From: Octopus sinensis
Lineage: Eukaryota
Reading direction: 5' to 3'
NCBI RefSeq assembly: GCF_006345805.1
Contig: NC_043008.1
Span: 3,534,001-3,598,000 of the forward strand
DNA length: 64,000 bases
Under the pieces are notes generated by a model. That model had not been told where the DNA came from. It saw only the letters and a program-made list of their open reading frames with translations, and did no database searches. This document shows, piece by piece, positions 1 to 12,891 of the stretch (position 1 is its first letter; every line of letters starts with the position of its first letter). Made by a program: the position numbers and the translations under genes.

Positions 1-520
1 CTCACAATATCAATATATTGGTTCTCCTGCTGGCTCAGTGTATTCATGCACCACTGTTTCATTATGTTGATAACCCATGTGTTAATGTATCGATAGCTCA
101 CTGTACCAATATATTGACAACCCAACCTGTCAATATATTGACACCCCCACTGTGTCAACGTAGGGAAAATTTACCCAAGAACGTCTACTGCATAAAGACG
201 TATGTCATGGCATACTAGATGACGTCATGAAATGTTAATTAATGCAAATTCCTTGAATTACTCGATAATCCACTCTATCGATAGATTCGTGTCACATTGC
301 GTTAATACTTTATCAGTGTTTCGAATGTATCAAAGTATTGATGCTCGGCTGAGTAAAATTATTGAGAGCCCAGAGTTCCAATGTATCGATACGGCACTGT
401 GGAAAAGTATTGATATTTTGCTGTACCAATACATGCATACCGTTCCATATAAATGTATCGATATCCTTTGGATCAATCTATTGATAACCCACTGCGTTAA
501 TGTATCGTTAACGTTTGTAA
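1..520. repeat. Degenerate short-motif array (TATCGATA x4, CAATATATTG x3), possibly a DNA-transposon subterminal region
   Basis: TATCGATA at 88, 276, 384 and 456. ataacccatgtgttaatgtatcg (~70-92) recurs as ataacccactgcgttaatgtatcg (~484-507). Confidence 0.5.
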
Positions 521-888
521 AAATAAAAGCTACTTGGATCCTTCGTCAGAATCCTTTTCTGATTATTGCTTTCATTGATTTCGATGATATCAGAATCAGT
601 AAATCATCATAAAGATATTTTGTTTAATGTTATATTGCTGCTTCTCTTTGCGTTCTAAGTTCAAATCTCAATGGAATATATCCTCTCCTTCCCTGCGGAT
701 TCCATCGATAACATACGAACCAGTCAAGTGCGAGGGAAAATTAAACCAACTAAAATCCTCTTCGAAATGTGGGTCCTTGTACTAAAGGGAGAAATCACAG
801 GAAAACAACGATTCCTTTTGGAGAGAGAACTCCGAACGATTCCCGCTTTATAGTAAGTCTCGGTTGTAACTTCATGGCAGACTTAAGC

Positions 889-958
<70 letters not shown>

Positions 959-1084
959 CAAACCGCTTCAACTGTTAGAAAGCCAGTTGTGTATATGTGT
1001 GTGTGTTTTTCTGGGTGTGGGCGTGTGTACGGGTGTAAATGTGCGTGTCTGCACATGCGTGATTGTGAGTCATTTTGTGTTTGT

Positions 1085-1275
1085 GGTGTTCTCCACCAAC
1101 GCTAGATGACCGGGCTTGTTTACGTACCCGTACCCTAGCGGTGGGCCAAAAGATACCGTTCTATTAAATACCATATTTAAAAATAGAAATTATGTTCAAT
1201 TTGTTCGACTAAAGTCACCAAAGCGGTGCTCCAGCATTGCCGTGGCCCAGTGAATAAGATAAGTAAAGGAGTAAA
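1085..1275 (+). mobile_element. SINE family B, 3' half
   Basis: tgtttacgtacccgtaccctagcgg...gcggtgctccagcattgccg...agtaaaggagtaaa matches the 3' part of the copies at 5085-5465, 52385-52610 and 58465-58845. Confidence 0.65.
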
Positions 1276-1333
1276 CGAAACATAAAGATACAAGCATCAC
1301 TTTTCTCTTTGTTTCTATATTTTCACATTTCAG

Positions 1334-1442
1334 CTCATAGTTTCCTTCCTAACCCGAGCATCACTCAGCAACCGAGTCGCAGGCAAACCATCAGTATATA
1401 TGTTTCTCTTGGGGATCTTGAAAACAAGCCGTGAAGCGAAAT
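1334..1442 (+). other. Candidate orphan exon (109 nt), product unknown
   Basis: Long pyrimidine tract ending tttcacatttcag| and donor AAAT|gtaagc. One frame is open (LIVSFLTRASLSNRVAGKPSVYMFLLGILKTSREAK). No homology recognised. Confidence 0.25.
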
Positions 1443-1694
1443 GTAAGCCCTCTATATTTCAGATTAAATAAATATCATATTTTATATTTGTGTTCATTTC
1501 CTTCATGAAGTTGACGTCATGTGATTTAGCAAATATATATGTGTGTGTCTATGTGTGTTTGTGTATGAGTGTATGCGTATGTGAATGAAAATTTGCGTTT
1601 CGATGTATAACAGTGTGCACTTCTGTATTTATGGAAGTAATACTACACAAGTTGAGTGTTTTGTTTACGATTGTATTTTCATAATCTACCTCTT

Positions 1695-1880
1695 TTACTC
1701 TCTCTCTCTCTCTCGATTTATATCTCTCCAAATGTGTGTGTATCTATGTACGTATATATGTATATATGTATTCACGCGCACACACACACACAAACACATT
1801 CACACAGCCATAGACACACACAGATATATATGTATATGTGTATATATGTATATATACATATACAATATACATATACATCT

Positions 1881-1929
<49 letters not shown>

Positions 1930-2043
1930 ATGATAGATAGATAGATAGATAGATAGGTAGATAGATAGATAGATACATAGACAGATAAATATGTATGTAT
2001 ATATATATGTATATATGTATGTATATATATATTATATATATAT

Positions 2044-2086
<43 letters not shown>

Positions 2087-2552
2087 TATATATATATGCC
2101 GACAGATAATTGATAGACAGGCAGACAGACAGAAGTGACACGGGGAAAGAGGACTGAATAGGTAAATAAATAATAAAACAAAGTATGAAGACATTTAATC
2201 TTGGGTTGGTGCGATGTTCTCTTTGACAGACAGAGGAGTAAATCAGGTTTGTACTCAATAAAGAAACAAATATAATAAGTGAAAAGAATTGGCAGATAAA
2301 TATTAAGAATTGTTAAATAGACAGGAAGTGTATGATACAATACACGCCTCTATGAAAATACTTAAAAGTAGGTTTCAAAAATTGAACCCTAACTCTCAAT
2401 AAACATTCTCGATATTGTTGTGAATAGTGAAGGCGGATTTAAATCTGACAACCAAATGGTTTATATGATTATATATTAGCATAACAATATAATCGTTTAT
2501 AATGGCTTCTGATAATACACTCGCACTCAGACACACACACACGCAGGCGCAT

Positions 2553-2634
<82 letters not shown>

Positions 2635-2700
2635 ACACATATATATATATATAGCTACACACATATATATATTCATATATATATATATATATTATATATA

Positions 2701-2755
<55 letters not shown>

Positions 2756-2900
2756 ATATATATGCACATATATGTGTGTGTCTGAGATACTCACTCACAT
2801 ACATCACACGCAGAAATATATATATATACACATGTATAGAGAGAGATATATATACATACACAGACATCAACATACATATATATATGTATATATATATTAA
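1695..2900. repeat. Compound microsatellite blocks (CT)n/(CA)n/(TA)n/(ATAG)n
   Basis: Directly visible at ~1695-2130 and ~2530-2900. Confidence 0.95.
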
Positions 2901-3689
2901 GAGAGAGTGTCAGACAGAGAGACGCTAGCAATGACATAAGGGAAGAGGAGTTAGGCAAAAGAAGAAATAAGGAGGCCATTTAATGATACGCTTCCATTGT
3001 ATGACAGACATAAAATTACGTTATGTGAAAGTGTGATTGTTCGTACTTAGTGCTTGCGAAAGTGTCATGTCTGTCACTGTGTTTGCGTGTCATAAACGTG
3101 CATATTGTTACTCTGGTTGTTGTTGTTGTTGCTTGTCCTTACCAGTTCTTATCAATGAAAAACTGGTGTGTGGATAGTCAAGTCTTAAGTATGTTAGATA
3201 AAACGCTTTATTATTTGATTACTCCATTTTACATCTCAGTTCAAACTCATCTCTGATTCCTATAGACCATTAAAGAAGTACATTCTTCGGTAGAATCACC
3301 CAATCTCCACAACATATTGTTCAGTGTATGGTCATAATCCAATCACTGAATCTGGTGGGATGAATATAATGAATCAATGAATGGCACTAAAAGGTGATAT
3401 GTAAATATGTAACGGCTAATCATTCCATTCTATTATTTTCTATAAGCGAAATCTGAGATCGTCTCGAAGGGCAAACTGGCAGGCTAATTAGCCCGCCGCT
3501 GCATTAGCCAACAAATATTAAAATATGAAATGGAAAGTATTACATGCGGAAGGAGGTACCAAAAAGGGTAAGATTGTTCAATAGGGCGCAAACGCATACT
3601 TAACTAGCATGCTGGAAGAAAAAGCGGTTAAGTGTCTCATAATCTCGTCCTGCTGTCTTTAATAAAGGCCTATATATGACAATATGATT

Positions 3690-4070
3690 GGCAATATGAA
3701 AAAGATGTGATGGTCACAACTGGGAGGCGTGACGTCAGGGTTTATTCGTGATACGTGGCAGCAAAGAACACGCATTCACTCTCTGCGCACGATTATACGC
3801 GAAATCTTTGTGAGGAACCCATTGACCCGATTTACTGACTTTCCTATGGCACGCAGGTGTCGATGAATGGTAGAATAACCAAATCAGGATTTCTCTGCTA
3901 GTTCCTCAACAGTTACAATGGGATTTTGTTCCACCAAGTTTTGCAGGACGTCCTCATCGAGCTCTGCAGATCTTCCAGGACGAGGCTCGTCTTCTAGGCT
4001 GTACTTTCCGGCTCGGAATTTCTGGAACCACCGTTGACACTGGCTTACGCTTATTATCGGTGGTTATGGT
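3690..4070 (-). mobile_element. Mariner (Mos1-like) transposase fragment, internally deleted
   Basis: Minus strand reads QCQRWFQKFRAGKYSLEDEPRPGRSAELDEDVLQNLVEQNP...TIHRHLRAIGK...QWVPH, then a PDVTPPSCDHHIF remnant resembling the SPDLAPSDYHLF motif. Confidence 0.85.
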
Positions 4071-5084
4071 AAAATGTATTTGCCCAAATTAATAGGGCGT
4101 GGACCTGAACCCAAGCCCACGCGATTAGGAAACTAACTACTCAACCACATTCCCACGTTTTATTTTTAAGCACTAGTTTTATCCAATTGCTTGAAAAAAC
4201 TTCATTGGATCAAAGTTTTTCAACTCTGTATGAGAAATCCCCACGCGTATTCACCTACATTGCAGATAAATCTAGTTTATAACCTTAGATTCATAAACTG
4301 GGTCGTTCGAGGCTTAAAGTGAGATGACATTGACTGACCGTTCCCCAGTGATTTCTCTCTCTGCCAATCTATAAAGAGTGAAGTCAGCTCGTTTCCTTGC
4401 AGAAAACTGAGTGTTTCATGGTATAATCGAAGAAATATTTTATTTTATTTTATTAATATGTATTGCAATCTATTGAACTCAGACTGAATTCCATGAATGT
4501 GGATCTCTTAGCGAATGAATTGTGCGTGTGTGTGTGGTGGAGATGGCTAAACGCCACTAAACATATTCTTCATATACTGCCTGAATACACTTCACCATTC
4601 TGAAATGTCTCTGGCTCACAGTGTTTCTCTCCCTCGCTCTCTCACTCTCTCACTCTCTCTCCTCCTCCACTTCCTCCTCCTCTGAGACCATTCATTCTGC
4701 CATCAACCTTCCTTAAATTTACATATTATTCTACTGCATTCTCTTCACTTTTCTCTTTTCGTCTATCTATCTTGTCTTTCTATTTCTCTCTCTCTCCCTC
4801 CCTCTCTCTCTCTTTCTCTCTCACATTATTCTCCTTCTCTTTCACCTATTTTCTGATTCTTTTTGCTTTTCTACATTTTCCTCTTTCTTTTCTTTTTTTT
4901 CTTTCCGTTTACTTGTTTCACTCATTCAACTGTGTCCACGCTGGAGCAATGCCTTGAAAACGACTGTCATCTGGCAACAATACGTCTCGGCCCTTTCTAT
5001 TTCTTTAAATCTCCATCTTTCTTCTCCTATCTCGCATTCTCTCATTCTTTCCCATCTTTCTTTTCTCCTCATCCATTCTTTTAT

Positions 5085-5465
5085 TCTTTTATTCTTTTAC
5101 TTGTTTCAGTCATTAGACTGCGGCCATGCTGGGGCACCGTCTTGAAGAATCTTTAGTCGAAAGTATCGACCCCTTTAATTATTTTTTATAAGTCCGATAC
5201 TTATTCTATCGGACTCTTTGTCGAACCGCTAGGTTACGGGGAAAACACACCAGCTCCGGTTATCAAGCGGTGGCGGGAAGAACAAACACAGACACAAAGA
5301 CACACGCATATAGACATATATGTACGACGGGCTTCTTTCAGTTTCTATCTACCAAATCCACTCACAAAGTATAGTCGGTCCGAGGCAGTAGTAGAATACA
5401 CTTGCCCAAGGTGCTACGGAGTGGAACTGAACCCAGAACCATGTGGTTGGGAGGCAAGCATCTTG
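5085..5465 (-). mobile_element. tRNA-derived SINE family B, near full length
   Basis: Reverse complement has a tRNA-like head (ccaaccacatggttctgggttcagttccactccgtagcaccttgggcaagtg), an internal body and the gactgaaacaagtaaaaga tail. A further tail fragment lies at ~4880-4965. Confidence 0.8.
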
Positions 5466-5559
5466 TCATTCAATCTAACCGTATATTTTAATCCTGTTTC
5501 CTTTAGTTTCTTTCTCTGTAGAATCATTCACGCTTTCAAATGATTTTTCTCAAGTGACG

Positions 5560-6128
5560 TATTCTTCTCTCATTTCTTCACTTTTCTCCTTCCATACATT
5601 CATCAAGTCTCTCTCTTTCTCTCTAGCTGTATCTCCCCTGTCATATCTATCTGTCTATCCTTCTCTCTATTTATCTGTTTATCTATCTTTCTATCTACTT
5701 ATTCTGCCAGCTAGCTAGGTATCTAACTAACTATTTATATTTTTGGCACCTACATTTTCGCTAGTCACGCGACGCATTCTATTTACTTTTCATATTTCTC
5801 CTTCCATACATTTTATCTTGCGCCTCTATGTTTTACAGCTCCCTCTTTGTCCTCCCCACCTCTCTCTCTCCCTCTCTATCTATCTACCTATCTCTCTCAT
5901 TCTCTTCTTCGTTCTCTCTGACAGCATCCATCCTTATCTATGGATTATTTTCTCACAAAACCTCATCCATTTTTACATCTCTTAAATTTGCACTTTTCCT
6001 TTTAATTTGCCCTCCACATTCTCCGTATCTCTGTCATCATTTCTGTTTATCGTTCTCTTGGTGTTCTCATTCACTCTCCTTCTTCCATTCTCTCTCACTC
6101 TATCTCTATCTCTCTTTCTTTCTTTCTT

Positions 6129-6168
<40 letters not shown>

Positions 6169-6363
6169 ATCTCTCTCTCTCTCTCTTCCCTTCTGTCTTT
6201 CATTTTATTTTGCACTTTCGCTTCTCTACTCATTCTCCTTAATCTTCTACCGTTTTTTTCTCTTTCATTCCCACTCTCTCTTTCTTCTCCACCCACTTTC
6301 TCTGTCTTACTTTCTCCTTTACTTTCTTTCCCATTTTCTGTATACACACAAACACATGCACAT

Positions 6364-6430
<67 letters not shown>

Positions 6431-6560
6431 TATCCCTCTCGTATTTTCTCCCTCCCTCCCACATCTTCACATTTTATTTTCACTCTATCTCTTTCTCAAC
6501 CTCTCTCTCTCTCCCTCTCCCTCTCTCTCCCTATCTCTCTCACTATCAACTCTCTTCGCT
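5560..6560. repeat. Pyrimidine-rich low-complexity tract with (CT)n, (CA)n and (TA)n
   Basis: Directly visible. Confidence 0.9.
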
Positions 6561-6682
6561 TTCTGTCTAGATTTAAGCTTTCTCAAATAAATATGTTTCG
6601 ACGAAACAATTGTTTTTTACTCCACTCAGTCTCCATCTTTAAGAGGATTACTATGTCAACGGGAGCAAGGAAGAACAATGAC

Positions 6683-6960
6683 ATCAGCAATAGCAACAAC
6701 AACCGATGATGATGATGATAATGATGATGATGATGACGACGACGATGACGATGACGACGATGACGACGACGATGACGACGAACACGGCGATGGCGACGAC
6801 GACGAGGGCGATGACGACGACGACGATGATGATGATGACGGTGAGGTCGACGACGGCGATGCTAACCATGATAGCTACAACGACAGTGATGACAGCAGGG
6901 ACGACAACAACGACAAAGACGACGACAATGACGATGACGATGATGATGACGATGATGAGG
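6683..6960. repeat. Compound trinucleotide repeat (GAT/GAC/CAA)n
   Basis: About 90 triplets. This explains the poly-D, poly-M/T and poly-I/V ORFs in the track. Confidence 0.95.
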
Positions 6961-7559
6961 TTTTTGGCGACTATATGATTATAAAGAAGCGGAGTATGAG
7001 GTGGAGGTGACAGAGCATTGTGCAACACCCACCCTGAATCATGAGCACATAATAAAAATGAAATTGCAAACACAGCACAAACACGCTTTAAGCTTAATAT
7101 CCAATAAAATAACACAACTCACATTGCTCACAATAATATGATACACAAAAACAACGACAAGCTAATCCTCATCCTGAAAGAAATTGATGCGGCAGAGGCA
7201 GAGAAGGTGGATGGACCTCTTAGCATAACAGAAATAATAACTGCACACAATGCAGTAAACACCTCAAGAACTACGAGGTGCCGCAAGTGGCGCAGAAACA
7301 TTTCGCATGAAACTATCAAAAAGGTAACAACAACAACAACAATTTGTCTAAGGCACAGGAACTCTGATATAAAGGGTACCTTACCAGATTGGTAAATAGT
7401 GTAGGATAGCTTGTCTCAGTTAATGATAGATAGGTGATTTTGATCCATAGGGAATAACCTATTTAGTGATGGTGTCTCAATAAAAAATATTGGTGTCTGT
7501 TATGCCATAATCACAAACCCATTCTGTGTTGATGGCAACAGATCAGAGTTTATACAGGA

Positions 7560-7704
7560 TCTGTTTTCGCTCGGGTCAACAAAGGCCGTGTTACCCTGAG
7601 AAGAACAAATGAGGTGTTGAAAACTTTGCTACTGGTTCAAAACTTCCCAACGATATGAGGCTGGAGGCCTCCCACACTGGGACAAATCGTTCTGAAGGTC
7701 CAAT

Positions 7705-7744
<40 letters not shown>

Positions 7745-8470
7745 ATGTTCAGCACTATGAGATGCTATTCAAGTCAAGAGACAAAAATGTTCCAGAGAGA
7801 TAATCAACAGATTATTAAGGCTTATTACACTTTCATGTATTATCCATCAGAAGTTTCAAACACTGAGCAGCAAATATACTGAATTGGGAGAGAAAAGAAT
7901 CCTAGCATTGGACTAAACACGATCAGTAACAAACTTTCGGGTGAAAGCAGAAAGGAGATCAAACCAATGAAATTACAAGAGTTTAGCAGAAATAAATACT
8001 TATGAGATCAGGACAAGTGATCTGACAGAACTTCAAGACAAATAATTGCTGAATGGGTCAAAGTTCAAACCATAGACGTGAAGGGACATAGTGACCTTCA
8101 TAATATTCGCTATAGTAGCAAAAATGACGAAACAATCTGTCGGCTGAATACAACCCTTAAAGCCACTCTAAAGCAAAATGGATGTCACATCCTTGAATGA
8201 ATTACTCTCGGCTGCTGTTACTGTATGCACCTAAAAGTGTGCCATAGAACTGAAAACTGGAATGGCAAGAAGCAGATATAGAAACAAATTCATACTCTCC
8301 AATCTGTCAGAGAAATACAAAAATAAATTAACCAATAATCATAGAAAAGGAAGATAATGAGAAAGAGTTTGACCATTGGTTTGCTGAAGTAATAGAAAAG
8401 ATAAAACAAAAAGAGTGGGCCTAAGCTGCGTGCATACGTTACTTCAAAAAATGATAAGGTTCATCGAATA
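7560..8470 (+). mobile_element. R4/Dong-clade non-LTR retrotransposon, 5' part (decayed)
   Basis: RDNQQIIKAYYTFMYYPSEVSNTEQQIY.IGREKN resembles the R4-clade N-terminus. KLRAYVTSKNDKVHR continues after the mariner insertion. The 5' boundary is uncertain. Confidence 0.65.
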
Positions 8471-9684
8471 CAGGGGGTCCCCAAAAAATGTACTGACGTT
8501 TTGACTCCGCATAGCTCAATAAACTTTTCATTTCTTTTCGGATCAATTTGAACCTAATAACGGCAGAAATCTATTATAATGTGTTATTGGAAACATGAAA
8601 ATATCTTGGAAGTGTAAAGACAATTTAGAGGACATCTTCACAAAGATCCACCAAAGTGACGGACCATTACTCGCATACGAGATAAGTTTGAATCAGATGG
8701 AACTATGCATAACGTTCATAAGGAGTGTCAGGAAGACCACAGGCATCGACCAGCCCTGCAAAGGAAGAACAATTGCTGGAAACCCTCTGGCAACTCCGAG
8801 AGAAATCTTTTCGATAAAATGCCTCGTGAGGCAGGAATCCTAAATTCAAGCGCGCATCGCATTTTAAAGCGACATGTTTGGAAATGTTACACTCCGACAT
8901 TAATCCATAGTCTTAATGAAGACGATCCTAGCCGAAGAGTTGAATTTTGTTAGTGGAACCTGAGCAAATGCGGAGGAGATGCAGTATCTACATCCAAAAG
9001 TGTTCGGACTGATGAAGTCAGTTTTAAGTTAAATTGCTTGATTTACCGAGACAATTGCACCAACTGGACTCATGAAAATCCGCATGTTACTATATCGAAC
9101 AACATTTGAACTTACCAGATGGGGTGGGATTTCAATATTGGGTATCCTAGTGCCATTCTTTTATGGCGAAGTTGTCACTGGTAATACTCACCTAAACCTG
9201 CTGCAAGAATCCGTCGTTCCATGTGTCGAAGAACTGCTGGCTAATGAGGAGATTTACTTTCAGCAAGATGGAGCATTCCCTACTACAATGGTGAATTCAA
9301 GAATTATCTCGATGCAACTTTTCTGAACAGATGGACAGGGCGAACAGGTAGTGTTGAATCCCCTGCGCGTTCACCAGACCTCATTCCAATGGAAGTCTTT
9401 TATGAGGATATCTCAACGATAAGATTTATCTCTCAAAATCAGCATCATTCGATGAGGTGAGAGAGGAAACTGAATGACAATGTCACACACTTCCAAACGA
9501 AATTATTTGTGACGCCTTTGAATCCATTGGTCTGCGGTATCAGCTGTGTTTGGAGAGTGGTGGTCGTCAGTTTGAACATTTATAAAAATCCATTTATTTA
9601 TTTTGCGTTTAACCATTAATCATAGTCAATAAACACTGAATTAATTGTCATTTAATGTGTGAGTACATTTTTGGAGACACCCTG
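8471..9684 (+). mobile_element. Tc1/mariner-superfamily DNA transposon (DD37D/maT-like by inference), both TIRs present, decayed transposase
   Basis: Left end TA|cagggggtccccaaaaaatgtactgac; right end gtgagtacatttttggagacaccctg is its inverted match. Transposase remnants include LIHSLNEDDPSRRVEFC, RTDE, EIYFQQDGA and RSPDLIPM. Confidence 0.9.
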
Positions 9685-12190
9685 AATAATAGTATGTTAA
9701 AAAATATCCGAAAAGAATTCTGTAGACATATTGAAAAGAGCACAAACCAAATGCAAGACGCTTTCAGAGGAAGAATTACTCGGGTTTTATATAAATCTTT
9801 GCACAGGTGAGAATAAGCAAAGCTGTAATATAACTGTGATATGCAAAAGATTAACATACATAAACAAGGCACAGAGTTTATAGAAGACTAAATATGAGAA
9901 GAAATCAGCGCAGAATATGTTACGTTTCTATAGAAAATTTCCAGTAAATATAAGACATCTGGTAAGGATAAGATCCCAAATTATTGGCTTAATGCGTTTA
10001 GAAATTCGCATAAAGAGGTAATTATGAAGGCGCATAAATTACGCCACACAATGGTTGGCCAATGGTATCACTTTATTTGTTACCCAAAAATGATTAAACT
10101 GAAAGAAAAACGATGGGAAAATATGAATTAGATTCTGAACATCAGTTTGCTGAAGTAACAGAAACTTGAGAAGTACAGACCCATAACATGCCTCACAACA
10201 ACGCACACGTTTCTTACATCTTTTTAATGGAACGTACTTATATTTTCCTCATTAACAACATTTTCCCTGATGAACTAAATAGCTATAAACATTGATAATA
10301 CGGCTGTTAATTAGCAGAATTACTGTTGATGATTGTCACAATAGCAAAAAGAAACATCTTTCAATGGCCTGGATAGATTACAAAAAAGCCTTCGATAATC
10401 TTCCCCAAAGCTAGAAACAGGAATGCCTGGAGACATTCATAATTTTCCGAATAATCAGGAATTATTTTTCTCATGTCATGAGCACCGAAAAACGACAATA
10501 ATTTTCTACACGCAGATTATAACTATAAATTCTGAGGAAAACAATATCAGTTGTTGAATTTTCAACAACTTGTGAGTGAATGGTGCATGAAATAAAAAGA
10601 AAAACATCAATTTAATTCATTCTTTATAACGACGATCAAATCTGCAAGCATTCCTTCAGAGACTGAAACAATTTAGTGATGACACCAAAATGCAATTTAG
10701 ACCTGATAAAAGCGCCAAAGCAAACTGTGTCAAGGGAATATCAAATACATGCGCCATCACTCTAAACAGAGATATTGCAATACAAGAATTAGAACCCGAA
10801 GGAAGTTATATGTATCTAGGTGTCTGAAGGAGCTGGAATTAAGCACTCTTCAATTGGAGAAAATATAAGAAAGGAATGCTGTTGTAGAGGAAGAGCTATT
10901 CTGAAACAGAGTTGAATGCCAGGTAGAAAACTTAGGCCATAAATACGTTAGTCCGATATGTATTCGTATACGGCTGCAATGTTACAAACTGGTTCTTTTC
11001 TGAGATCAGCAGAGCCAGTGCCAAAATCCGAAAACTGACGATACATCATGTATATCCCAACGAATACACCTTCCGAGAAAAGACGGCGGTTGTTAATTAA
11101 TACAATCCCAACTCTCAATAATAATTGCAGCTTTGTTGCTTACCTGCAACAAGCAGACGACAGCAAGTTGCAGCTGGTTCAGTAACATAAAAATACCAAA
11201 AGTTGCACTCAATGACGGAAATAAAATTAATATATCTTCTGGAAATGTAGCTAATTGAACCAGTATCCGAAGACTGTGTTGTCTCTTTAATTAACAAAAG
11301 CAAATAAGAAAAACATATAGCCAAATAAACAACCTCCAGTACACTGTTAGAAGCAAAGTCCACTACATTGCAAATACCTGATTAGAGTTCGAGACGTTGA
11401 TGTTGACCAAAAACTTACCTATCAGTGGCCAGCATGCTCTGGTCTCAAGCTACAAACAGGGTTTTATTATTACTACTCAGGACCAGATTCTCTCAACTAG
11501 GAATTACCAGTTAAATGTCCTGAAACATAAAAGCAGGCCATCGTGCCACGGATGAGGAGGATATCCAGACAATTGACCACATAATCTCAGGATGTGGCCG
11601 ATTGGCCCCAACTGAGTGCTTGCAAAGTTACGATTGAGCACCTAGGTACATACCCTGGACAATATGCCGTATGAATATCCTCCCAAACAAAGAGGAGCAT
11701 ATACTATCACAGGTTGTTCAAAATGCTGAAGTTATCCTCCTTTGGGATTTCTTTCAGAGTTCAGACTGATCAGGAAATTCAGGCTAACCAACCTGATGTC
11801 ATTGTGAAAATCATATTGAAAAGATGTTTTTCGACGGACGTTGCAGCCTCAGCTAACAAAAGCACAACTCTGAAAACGTTTGAGAAATTGATCAAATAGA
11901 AGGACGTGGAGACATAAATCAGAAGAATGGAGCATCTGATAACAATGTTACCTATTGTTATTGGTCGACTTGGAACGATATTAAAAGTAGCAAATATGTC
12001 GACCAAATTCCTGGCAGCCCAAAAATAAATACATTCGAAACATCAAGCTTATGTGTACCTCGCATACTGCACGTGAATTCTTTTCCATTCAAAAATGTGG
12101 TTTTCAACATGGGTGGTAGAGCCCCAAAGGGGCGCTGGGCATGTCGAAGGATGTTAGACCTCAGGGTGCGGGAGGGAGCGGTAAGGTAAT
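9685..12190 (+). mobile_element. R4/Dong-clade LINE, RT plus zinc knuckle plus RLE endonuclease region (decayed)
   Basis: Motifs occur in order: YRPITCLTT (~10175), KHLSMAWIDYKKAFDNLP (~10350), YMYLG (~10807), QDQILSTRNY (~11478), TIDHIISGC (~11570), WDF-RVQTDQEIQANQPDVIV (~11745), DVAAS and PIVIGRLG. Many stops and frameshifts. Confidence 0.9.
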
Positions 12191-12674
12191 ATAATTACAT
12201 CGGAAATTTTACCCATAGTAGAAATGATATTCTACATGATGAATCTAATAATGGATATGAAAACAAAATGAGATCTCATCCGGCACGAGAGGTCATTAAC
12301 TTGCACATTTACAAGTTTTGTCGTTATTCTTTTTTATCATTTCTCTGCTAAAAACTTATACAATCTATTTTTAGAGTAAAATTTATAAATTATTATCCAT
12401 GTTAAGTTAGTTTAGCCATGATTCTTTTCTCGCCACTTAGGTGGGAGCTAGGCATAACAACTTCTTAGAGGCTACAAAAATTTACGGTTAAGAACCAGTG
12501 ATTCCAAAGTAATCTGGTTCATTCTGTATTAAATGTTATAAAGAGTTTTTCATTTGTATTTTAAACAGATATCTTTCTTTTTTTTTCACAATTTCATGGC
12601 GCCTCACATATTTAGATGCAAAATCTTGTCTCCTGACGCTCTTGTTGGCACCTGCGTCCAGTTTGTATAAAACA

Positions 12675-12770
12675 GAAGAAGAAGAAGAAGAAGAAGAAGA
12701 AGAAGAAGAAGAAGAAGAAGAAGAAGAAGAACAACAACAACAACAACAACAATTTGAGGATGATGATGTG
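12675..12770. repeat. (GAA)n(CAA)n(GAT)n trinucleotide run
   Basis: Directly visible. Confidence 0.95.
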
Positions 12771-12865
12771 AGAGAAAAAACTGTTAACTACCTTAGTCGT
12801 CATGTTTTTACTAAAATTCCACCAGGTCATCCAGGATCAGGCAGTAATGATTATGCTGCGCTTCG

Positions 12866-12891
12866 CTGATGAGGTCTAATAATACCAAAAC
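12866..12891 (+). ncRNA. Degenerate hammerhead-ribozyme-like core
   Basis: CTGATGA-GGT-ctaataat-ACC-AAAAC. The stem II pairs G73-C86, G74-C85 and T75-A84 are intact, and the core GAAAC has G>A. Stems I and III are not resolved. Confidence 0.35.

Noticed and set aside
2020-2770. Recurrent AA/TT phase shifts within (TA)n arrays as programmed inversions
   Set aside because: Single-base indels from slippage or sequencing error give the same pattern, and the two cannot be distinguished without reads.
6678-7010. Poly-Asp ORF suggesting an acidic or biomineralisation protein
   Set aside because: All frames on both strands give homopolymers, with no signal peptide or splice context. It is a simple trinucleotide repeat, and the same applies to 62263-62742.
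12642-12869. Poly-Glu/poly-Gln ORF
   Set aside because: It is driven by (GAA)n(CAA)n, starts at a non-ATG codon, and has no recognisable domain.
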